Shown one piece after another: positions 15,965 to 25,500 of a stretch of DNA of 38,593 nucleotides. The notes under the pieces were generated by a model. The model was not told the DNA's origin. It worked only from the letters and a program-made list of their open reading frames with translations, and did not search any database. The DNA comes from a virus. Its lineage: Duplodnaviria; Caudoviricetes. Position 1 is the first letter of the stretch. Every line of letters begins with the position of its first letter. A program made the translations under genes and the position numbers. The DNA is taken from IMG/VR virus record IMGVR_UViG_3300042328_001099, positions 1-38,593 of that record; one strand, given 5' to 3'.

Positions 15965-16609
15965 TCAGCCCAACTTTCTCATTGCCCTGATTCGTGACTT
16001 CTCCATTCTCCATCGTTGCTGCGCGGCTACGTATAGGTTGTTCAATCCAAGCGCGCTAATGTCGCTATTTCCAGCGCCGACCTGCCACTGCTGGAACTGC
16101 GCTCGGTCAAAGGTCAGCATGGATAGCGCCTCTGCCTGGACAAATACCTTGACGGCGTTCTGGGCCTTGGTGTCAAGATCGGTTGTCGAACTGGACACGC
16201 CAATAGTAATCGGCGCCCATTCTCCGTAGCCGTAGATGCGCATTGTCCCTGTGTCCGACCCGAACGTATAATTGGTTGGGAAGTACAGGATACCGCCGTG
16301 GATTTCCCAGCCAGAGTCAACGCCGCCGCCGACCGTTGGGTACAGCGTCTCGGTGTACTTGCTGTCTGAGTTGTAAATGTCGACACGGATCGGCCACGTT
16401 ACTGCCGAAAGGGAGACCGAAAAGATCGTGCCCTGGGCTGGCTGCGTGTACGCCTTAATTTCAATAATTTCCTTGGGGTAGACGCTGCCGACAGCATCGA
16501 TGCCCTGGTTTACAAGTTCGCCAATCTGGGCATCACTCCACGTGGTGCCGCCCTCGTCCCGAAGATTCCTCCGAACGGAGGTCAGCAGGCTAGAGAAAGT
16601 TACAGACAT
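15965..16609 (-). CDS. head-to-tail adaptor/connector
   Basis: TFSSLLTSVRRNLRD....WSDAQI..LVNQGI adaptor-type N-terminus, about 210 aa, after the capsid gene. Confidence 0.7.
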   Translation of the reverse strand: MSVTFSSLLTSVRRNLRDEGGTTWSDAQIGELVNQGIDAVGSVYPKEIIEIKAYTQPAQGTIFSVSLSAVTWPIRVDIYNSDSKYTETLYPTVGGGVDSGWEIHGGILYFPTNYTFGSDTGTMRIYGYGEWAPITIGVSSSTTDLDTKAQNAVKVFVQAEALSMLTFDRAQFQQWQVGAGNSDISALGLNNLYVAAQQRWRMEKSRIRAMRKLG

Positions 16610-17848
16610 TTATGCCACTCTTACCTTCTTCCCCCTATTCTCTGCCGCCCACCGAAAGGCGTCGGCCCATTCCTTTGCTCGATCCTTGTAGTTGTATTCC
16701 TTTAGCACCCTCTCCTTTGCGGCTGCCGCTAGGTCTAGCCGCAAGTTTGGGTTTTTCACGAGGCTTTTAATTGCATCGTGCCATTCTTGTCTTCCCTTGG
16801 CCAAAAGGCCGTCTACGCCCTCTCTGACCATGCTGTAGGGGCCATCTCCCTTGAACCTCTCGCCTACGAATGCGGCGCCAGCAACCGAGTACTCCAGCCA
16901 GTGGAGTTCAGACTTGGCCCTGTCAAAGTTATCTCCCCCCAGAGGGGCAATCCCAATCTCTGCCCACGAGTTAGCAAGCACCTTGCAGAACTCAGGGATG
17001 TTCTCCACGTATGGGTGAACCTCGTCAAAGGCGGGAAGAACCATTGCTTCCGTTCCCTCGTTCATGCCGATAAAGACGCGCTGCAGGTCCTTCTGGAAAT
17101 CCTGCACCGCCTTGCCGCCGTACCCGCCAATAATCTTGTTAGGCTTGAGAGAGTCTGGGTATCCCATGTAGTCCCGCATTCGTGCGCTGCTTCCGTAGTA
17201 AACCATTCGTGTCTTTGTGTCTGGGCGCTCCGCAGTCCTTTCGTAAAGGGCTGGGTCAATGGCGTTTCTAATAACCCGAACGTCGTCGTTGAACCTAGCG
17301 TATCTCTTGGCAATTACGTCGGTTGAGGTGGTAAGCAGATCTGCCCGCTTGGCCATCTCCTCAATCATCTGCTGCTCTGGAATGACATCTTTGATGTACC
17401 CATTCCACGCCTTGATGTTGAAGTGGTCGTCGTCTGTTTCGTAGATAATTGCCTTGCCGTGGGCGCCGTGCTGGAATGTTGGCCATAGCAGCCGCGTCAC
17501 CACGTCGCGCTCAATTGCTGGTCCGTGCTCATGATTAGCCGCTGCGCCGTAATCAAATGTTACAAATTGGCACTTAAGGCAATGCAGCGTTGTGTTATAA
17601 TATCGTCGGAATACCACCACATCTGCCCAGTCAACGTCTGCTGCGTCAACCTTGACAAGCCCGCGAGAGAACGCCTCTGGTAGTGTCATCCCCTTGGCCG
17701 AGTCTGTCAGGTCAAAGTTGACCCGACTGATTCCCTTGTATTCAATCCCCAGTTTTAATAGTTCGTCCTTCATCTGGTGCCCACGGAAATAAGCGCATGG
17801 TCCTTCTTCAACGTGGCCCCACACCAAGACCTTTAGATTCTCTGCCAT
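16610..17848 (-). CDS. GT-B glycosyltransferase
   Basis: YFRGHQ, DVVVFRR, IIYETDD, ADLLTTST, VIRNAID, IGIAPL...FDRAKSELHWLEYS and W..AI..LV.NP.LR..LA..A. Confidence 0.9.
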   Translation of the reverse strand: MAENLKVLVWGHVEEGPCAYFRGHQMKDELLKLGIEYKGISRVNFDLTDSAKGMTLPEAFSRGLVKVDAADVDWADVVVFRRYYNTTLHCLKCQFVTFDYGAAANHEHGPAIERDVVTRLLWPTFQHGAHGKAIIYETDDDHFNIKAWNGYIKDVIPEQQMIEEMAKRADLLTTSTDVIAKRYARFNDDVRVIRNAIDPALYERTAERPDTKTRMVYYGSSARMRDYMGYPDSLKPNKIIGGYGGKAVQDFQKDLQRVFIGMNEGTEAMVLPAFDEVHPYVENIPEFCKVLANSWAEIGIAPLGGDNFDRAKSELHWLEYSVAGAAFVGERFKGDGPYSMVREGVDGLLAKGRQEWHDAIKSLVKNPNLRLDLAAAAKERVLKEYNYKDRAKEWADAFRWAAENRGKKVRVA

Positions 17849-17871
17849 ATGACCCCTTTATGTTTGATAGG

Positions 17872-17896
17872 CCCCGCTGGCAAATAGCCAGCGGGG
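17872..17896. promoter_or_regulatory. stable hairpin after the capsid gene (no U-tract)
   Basis: CCCCGCTGGC-AAATA-GCCAGCGGGG, extendable by the flanking GATAGG/CCTATC. Confidence 0.6.
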
Positions 17897-17925
17897 TTAT
17901 CCTATCTTAACCGATTACCTAGAAA

Positions 17926-18897
17926 TTAGGAAATCGATGCCGTTGTGCGCAGGATGCGGTAGCGAGCGCCTGCCTCGTCGAGGAGGAGGGAGCCGAAGCG
18001 CATCTTGTAGCCGACCAGCGCCTTCTGGGCGAGTGGGTCGGTGTGGTCGCCACCTGGCGCCACGAAGTACGACTGGAGCGTCTGGCTGTCACCGATGGTA
18101 TAAGCATCAGGGGCAAGGAACAGGGCGCTATAGTTCGCACCAGCAGAAGCAAACGTCGTCGGGGCTGAACCCGCTGCTCGGAATGCATCCGAGGAGACGA
18201 TGATGCGGCACTGGCCGAATCGGCCGATCTCATTCGTAAGAGCAGGCAGATCCGAAACGTACTTGTTGAGTTCGATGAACCCGTTCGCCGTCGTATCGGT
18301 GAGCAGGTCGAACTGCTGGTTTGGGTGGATGATCAAGCGGAAGAAGCCGTCTGCAAACGGAGCCACATTGGCCGTGAGAAGATCGGCAACCATGCGCTTG
18401 ACATGCCAGCCCGTAATGTTTGAAGCAACAGCCGTTGCGGCGTTTGCCGTCACAGCCGTGGCGCCCGTGGCGCCATAGATCGCGGCCGTCTTGGCCGAAG
18501 AGTGAATCTTGTTGCGGACGAGGTTGTCCATCGTGCGGGTGGCCTTGTAGGCAACGCGCTCAGCAGCGATGCTGATGAGGTCGTGCGGCGAGTCCAACTG
18601 CGCGAGGTCCGTGACAGCAACAGTTCCACCGTACTGATCAGCCGTGAAGAACTGCGATGAAATCGTCAGCGCGTCATCGGTTGGTGCGGTGCCCTCAACG
18701 AGAGGGGTCGTGTTGGTCGAAAGGTCCGCATAGCGAGCGTAGCGAATCGAGGTAGTGCCCTTGACAAAGCGGCCTGGGACATAAAGCCCTGGCATCGCAT
18801 GGACAGCACGAGCGCGGAGTTCTTCCTGCGCACGAGCCTGTACAAGTTGCGTTACTAGATCGCTAAAGCCCGAAGTTGCGGTAGTGGTCGTAGCCAT
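17926..18897 (-). CDS. major capsid protein (HK97 fold, N4-gp56-like)
   Basis: PLVEGTAP, DQYGG.V.VTD, IIHPNQQFDL, EIGRFG..RII.S and DPLAQKALVGYK. Follows the scaffold gene. SD AAGGAG. Confidence 0.92.
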   Translation of the reverse strand: MATTTTATSGFSDLVTQLVQARAQEELRARAVHAMPGLYVPGRFVKGTTSIRYARYADLSTNTTPLVEGTAPTDDALTISSQFFTADQYGGTVAVTDLAQLDSPHDLISIAAERVAYKATRTMDNLVRNKIHSSAKTAAIYGATGATAVTANAATAVASNITGWHVKRMVADLLTANVAPFADGFFRLIIHPNQQFDLLTDTTANGFIELNKYVSDLPALTNEIGRFGQCRIIVSSDAFRAAGSAPTTFASAGANYSALFLAPDAYTIGDSQTLQSYFVAPGGDHTDPLAQKALVGYKMRFGSLLLDEAGARYRILRTTASIS

Positions 18898-18916
18898 TCT
18901 ACTTTACTCCTTGGGT

Positions 18917-19468
18917 TTAGTTTCCGTCATAAAACGGGTTTCCCAGCGCCTCTAGGTCTTTGGAAATATCCTCAGACGTTCGAGTCTTCTGAGCAGGCGT
19001 GCTCTTACGCGGGGCATTAACATCCACGAAAGTATCCGTCGTCTTGTCCTTTGCGACAGAGGTCACGAACTTCTCGAACGCTTCCGCCTGAGCGGCTGCG
19101 CTGAGTCCTCGGACTTCCTGTGCAAACTGGGCATAGAGCGGGTGCTTACGGGCAAGAGTATCTTGCTCGGCAGCCTCTCGTGTCGCCTTGAGTTCAGCCT
19201 CCAACTGCTGTGCTTTGAGTGTTGCCTTCTCGAGTTCGCTCATATTTGCAAACTCGACTTCGGCCTTCCACTTGCGAAGGGACTCGGCTTCATCCTTGAT
19301 AGCCTGCAGTTCCTTCTGCGTTGCAGTAAGGGCCTGATCCTTACCAGCAAGGCGCTTCTTCCAAGTGGCTACATCCTCGTCTGGGGTAGTGGCCACCGCT
19401 GGCTGCTCAATGGCAGCCTGCGGAGCAGGCGACTGCTCTTCGACAGGGGTAACGACTTCTTCAGCCAT
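18917..19468 (-). CDS. capsid scaffolding protein
   Basis: Acidic/Pro-rich N-terminus, coiled coil, MSELEKA motif, directly upstream of the capsid gene. Confidence 0.85.
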   Translation of the reverse strand: MAEEVVTPVEEQSPAPQAAIEQPAVATTPDEDVATWKKRLAGKDQALTATQKELQAIKDEAESLRKWKAEVEFANMSELEKATLKAQQLEAELKATREAAEQDTLARKHPLYAQFAQEVRGLSAAAQAEAFEKFVTSVAKDKTTDTFVDVNAPRKSTPAQKTRTSEDISKDLEALGNPFYDGN

Positions 19469-19519
19469 CCTGACTGTTCTCCTTGTTTCCTGCCCCTATT
19501 AAAAGGTGGGGCATTCCCT

Positions 19520-22500
19520 TTAATTTGAATCTTTAATTGAGAGGAACTCGCTGATGTCGTCGATCACGCTTGTGCTAGGATCACCAGTGAGGAACGATTG
19601 GATCTCTGAAACTGAATCAATTGCTCTATCAATTGTTTGCGCAATACCGAACTGTCGTCCAACCGTGGTTGCGATAGCCTCTGCAGTCCTGCCTGGGATG
19701 TCTTCAAATTTCCCTTCGGCAACTGGACGCATGACTCCATCTCGGAACCAGTACGGCAGGCTTGCTCCAATGTCCGTCGGCCAACCTGGAAGGAGTCCGC
19801 TTAGGAACATGAGGAGCGGTGGTCGTCGCATTACGTAATCGTAGAGTTCGTCATTCGTTTCAAGTTCTGTGGCAATGTAGTCAGCAAACTTGTCAAGTCG
19901 GTAGACTCCAGCAAATGGAGCGAACTCGCTTGTAAATGGCGCATACTTGAAGAGCGCATCAAAGAACGCTGGCAACACCTTGCCATACATGTACGATGTC
20001 GGATAAGGACCCATGAACGGATGGTTAAATGTCCGCTCCGCAGATCCCTTATACGTAGAATACATCTGCTCCTTGAACGATCTCTTTGCTGCAACCGCAT
20101 GCATCTGGGAGATTGAGTCAATGAACTGTTTCATTGCTCCTCGCTTGTAGATGAACGGGGCAAGACCGTTAGAGATTGCATTAATCTGTTCTGGAAGCAA
20201 CTTGCCTCCAGCCTTTACTGTCGCAATCGCCGCGTCAAGGCCAGGGAGTCGAATCCCTTCAGCCTGCGCTGCGGCCATGCGCTCAGAGAAATCAACAATC
20301 CACTTGTCCTGCTTGCGGATCTTTGGGCGAGCACCTGGCTTGGTAATTGCCACCTGGGCATTCCATTCTGCTAGGCGCTGATCTCGGATTCTACCAACCG
20401 CAGAATCAATTTGGTTAATACGCTTTTCAAGAAGGTTCTTGGTAAATGCAATTCTTGCGTCAAACGTTGGCAATACTCCAGCGCCAGTAATTGGCTGAAG
20501 GTTCCTGTTCGGGTCCCTGTACCAAGACTGGTCTGGAAGTTGGTCAATAAATGGCCTAATAGAATTTACAATCTCGTCAACGGCGTCGCTGACCTTGCCG
20601 AGCCTCGTAGCCATATCAGTGTACTGCTCGATGAAATTTGGAATTTCAAGCGTAGACCCCTTAGTCTTCAACTCTGGGTACGCCTTTTCAAGCATTTCCT
20701 TATACTTCCTGTTTGAGCCAAGGGAATTTTGAATCTCTGGGTTCCACCAGAACGATGGGTCCACATCTTCCCAGAGGCGAGGATCGACCGCGCCAATTTT
20801 CTTGTTGTATTTTAGCCCGCCACCAGCGCGGTAGAACGTGGAGTTTCCTACGTCAGTTCGGACAATAGTCCCGTCTGGCATAATTCCCATATTCTTAAGG
20901 TCTGGTCCAAGGGCATCAAAGTTTGCAACGATAAGATCGGCAACGTGATTGTCTGCTACTGCCTTGGCGATATCGTAGGTAATTGGAACTCGCTCGAGGT
21001 CCATCATGCCTTCAACCCACTGGCTTGCAAGGTACACATTGTCGCCGTCATTAACCAAAGAAACTTCTGGGACGGCAACGCCCATCTTCTTAAGAAGCCT
21101 GTTTACAATAAACTCGTTAACAATTGAATGCGGATCATTAAAGTCATCTGATGACGAAGACGGGTCAAATCTCTTAATGGTTTTAATATACCTTCGGACG
21201 CCATCGTTGCCAGTCCAAATACCAGTTTTTCCTCCAGTGTTCAGCGTTGCCTGCGGGCCTGCTTCCATGCGTCCAAACACCGTTGTTGGGTCAAGGTATG
21301 CTCGCTGTTCTGGTTGCTTGTATTCGCCAAACTGTGTACTGTATCGATCATGCGTTGCCATTGGGTCAAAGTTGTCGACCTTACTTGGGGATACCGACGG
21401 CTTCTTGCGCGCTCGGTACCGAACCGAAGACTGGGCCGCAGGCTCAAGGCCAAGTTTCATGCCCATCTCGCGCACGCCCTCCAGAAGATCTGGGTACGAC
21501 GTAAACAGGCGAGCGAGGTCGTTGTAGGTTTCTACATTTTTTGCCTGTTGAATTTTGATGTCCGAAATAGCGCTTGATAGTTCAAGTCTTGCCGCGTCAT
21601 TTGGCGCCATCTTGGACATAATCTCAACAGCCTGCGGTGGAAGAAGCGGCTTCACTTTGTAGTAATTAATGTCGGATCGGCCAGGCTGCTTCGGAAGAAC
21701 CTCAACGATTTCGAACTCCATCCCTCGCGGCAAGAGTACTTCCTCTTCGCTTGGCACGTTCGATCCGACTGCGTTCAGGTCAAGTCCTGGCATTCCCTTT
21801 GCGTCATCAATAATAATAACTGTCTTGTGTGCGCCAGGTCCAGCCTGCTCAATTCCTGGAGAGGTCCTTGCCTCGCCCTCTGCCTTTGACCAAGATAGGA
21901 ACGACTCGTCTCCAAACCTGAAGCCAGGCTTGAGGTTTGGGATATCGCTGTCATTAACAATAACCTTAAAGTCAAATCCTCGGTAAATTCTTCCTCGGTT
22001 GATGATTCTGTTGTTTAGGATAGCGGCGTCAAGCAACCCAATTGAGCGCTCGATGTCCGAGAAATCCCCTCCAGATCCAGCGACCTTTGTCATCTTGGCA
22101 AGATCCTGTGTTGGGTTATTTAATTGAACGCCGTATTGTGCCTTTGCGCCTAGGTACTTACTGAATGATCGGTAATCGTTTCCAGTATACCCCCTGATTT
22201 CGCCACGCATTGCTCCGTCAAGGCCGTCGGTTGTCGTAATCGCGGGCTGGCCCTTAAAGTATCGACCAGCGTTAACCGTTTTGGCGCCACCGCTAATTGT
22301 AGACTTAACTGATGCAAGATACTTTCGGACTGAATAAGCGAGTTTTTTGCGCAACTCAATTGGTCCGCCAACCTTTTCAAGCGCAGCGGAAATGTCCTCG
22401 AGGTCTTCGATCTGTGCTTTGGTTACATTTTCAAGGCCTGCCACGTCCTCAAACGGCTTAAGCCAGGACTCTTCAATGGGGGCGCCAAACGTATGCCGTG

Positions 22501-25500
22501 CTGAGGCAACATCCGCAACTCGGATGATTTGCGTTGGCATCATTCCGTTGATGCTCTGATCCATGAAGTACCTAAAGTTTGTCGCTGGGTCAATAGATCC
22601 AGTGATCTCAAGCCAGTTAAGTCCAACCTCTGGTTGATCCCTAATGATTGAAGGAGCGGCCTCCCTGATGGCCTCGTTAAGCGTAGATGCAGAAACTGAA
22701 ACTTCCTTTGCGTCGCTAATGGACTGTCGGAACTTTTCCCCACCGCCAGACACAACCCCAATTCCCTCTTCCCCAGCCTTGAGCAATCTGTCGATTGCTC
22801 GGGTTCCTACAGCAACGTCAATCGCTGGGTTTTGCTGGGTGATTCTCTGAAGAACAGATGCATTTCGAAGAAGAACGTGGGCGCCTACGTTGCTGTAATC
22901 CAACATTGCCCCACCCTTCATGGATAGAAGTCGCGCCATCATCGACCCGTCCTCGTAGTCCTTTTCTCCTCGGACACCGCGAAGGATGTTAAACGCATAA
23001 GGCTCGATACCTTCTTGCCAGTTAAAGTATGGGTTGTATCGATACCTGGTAAGTGGGTATAGTTTCTGGGCAATCATGGCCATCGTTTCGTTCTTGGCCT
23101 GCAGTCGCTTAGAAATGTTCGTTGTCCAGCCAATAGTTTCTGGTCGGCCCTGAAGCGCGTACATAAGCGCAGCGCGAGGGCTTGCGTTTGCGCCTCCAAC
23201 GCCAAACGCTCGGTTGTAGGCACGAAGACCCTTTTCGCCGCCGCCAAGGACGTCAATAAGGATCTCTGCCAACTTTTCGTTGCCAAGTCCTCCTGGGTTA
23301 ATTTCCATCTTCATGGAATACTCTGCGATGTTGGCCATTGCGCGAAGGGAATCTTCCTGGCTAATCCTGTTGCCAAGGTAGTATCGCAAGCGCTCGACGC
23401 CGCTATCGTAAATCTCGTTGTTTGAGATTGGAATAGTCCACTGCTTAACCTTGTTGAATGGACCCTTTCCACGCATAGGGAGAACGTTCTCGTCCTTCAT
23501 TCCGAATGCGGCCAGGTCCTCTACCTCGTCAATTGACGTGTAAATATCGAACCTGGGTCGGATTACTGCGTTTCCAGCAACGTCGCGCATAATGTCAAGG
23601 GACTGGATGTACGGCTGCTTTGGCTCAAGGCCCATCTCATATCCAATCTCACGAAGAGTGGCACGGGCCTTGGTAAGTTCTTCAAGGGCAGACTTATTTA
23701 CTGCCTCCTTGGACGAAGCCTCTTCCGCCGTTCGGCGTGCCGCCGCACCAGGATCGGCAAGTTCTGCTGCCGCCTGCTCTGGTGTCATTGGCTGCGAGGT
23801 GTCTACCGTAATCTCTTCTGCCTGAACGGCTGCCTTTGTGGCAACTGATGCCGCGTCGAAGGCGACATCGTTTTGCGTTAGCCGTAGCGACTGGACGTCA
23901 AGTCCTTGCGGGTATGCAAATCTTTCCATGAAAGTTGCACTTGTGTCATCAACTACTGGAATTCCAGTTAGGACGCTCTTCCCGTCGCCTCCACTCTGGA
24001 CATACCTGGTTTCAAGCATTGGGCTTCCGCTAGGGTCATAAACCCGCATAGAGCGAGCAGTCTTTCCGTAAATCTTGCTTAGTCGGTTATCAACAAATAT
24101 CCCTAGCCTGTCGACCATTCGGTGAAGAGTTCCAGACTCCGTTCCAAACGTAGCGACAACAGATAGATCCGCAAAGTCTTCGCTTTCCATGATCATCGCT
24201 TCCCGAGCGGCGGTCTGGAGAGCCTCTACGGGCGTGATCTTCCCATCAAGAACCTGCTGTGCCAATGTGTTATTAAATTCATTTTTGGCCTGCCCGCGCA
24301 GTAGTGCGCCAGCAGAGTGCGGAATATTATTGTAAGAAATAAAGTCAAATGGGCGAATTCCTTGAGCACCAAACTCGTAGTACGAGTCGTAAAGCATTTC
24401 CTCAAACTTCTTGCCAAGGCTTTCCTTACTGCTCTGCATGGCCATGTTTCTATTGAGCGGGTCGTTTAGGTTGTCCATGAAATGGAACAGGTCGGAGAAG
24501 GAGAACTTCTGGGCACCATCCTCGTTGATCGGCGCCATCTTCTCCCACGACCTGATATCAGAACTTGCAATAGTCCCTGGGTCTAGAGAAACGTTTCTTG
24601 TTTGGTCCATGTGCCGTGCGGCAAGGTACAAATACGAGCCGATGCCATCGGTCTCGTTAAGGATCTTTGCTGCGGTAGCGTCCTGATCGATCTGTGGCTT
24701 TGGGTTGTCAATTCCAGTTTTTGCAAACATGTCAAGTTCTTCTTGACTGTATTTAAGCATGACAATAAAATCGCTCTGGTTTCCTTCTGCGAGTACATCC
24801 ACGACTCGGGTTTCTTTTTCGTCAACAACCTTGCCAAGATACATCTTAATCCATTCCTTGATATCAAGGTTTGGATTCCATTGTCCGCCGTTTGGAAGAC
24901 GAAGTTCCCCAATCATTTCTTGCACAGAATCAACCGTGTTTGGCTGGTCGGCAGTTGTGCTAAATCTAAAGATCGTCCTGTCAAGATCTGGGACTGAACG
25001 CATTGGGACGTTCTCGGTTAGATAGCCGAGAAGAATCCTTCGAGGATCAAGGAATACCCGCTCTTTGTCTTTCGCGGATAGGCTCTTGAGTTGCGCAACT
25101 CCCGCATCCGTCTTTCCAAGAATCTTGCTAGTCTTGTCTACGCCAACGGTAAATGTTGAGTTAAGTCCAACAAATGTGTTGTCGATAAACGACATACCAG
25201 AATCTTCTGTAAACTTCTGGCCAAACACATTGTTAATCATTTTGCTAGGGTTTCGCTTCTCTAGCATAATATTGGCCGCTCGCCACACACCAGAGTATGC
25301 AGGGTCTTCAAACATGCTTAAAGACATTCTGTTCCAAATCAATTCAAACAGAACTTCCATTGGCCTGTTGTTGGTTGCTGCTGCCTTCTGGACAATTGAT
25401 GGGCCGTAAGAATCGTTAAATAGATAAATTCCATCGTACCCCATAACAGATCCTGGGGCATCGTAAAGTCTTCCCGCGTAACTTTCGTCTGGGATAAGGT

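Noticed and set aside
17872-17896. Intrinsic terminator after the capsid gene
   Set aside because: There is no U-tract in the coding direction, so it is kept only as a hairpin.
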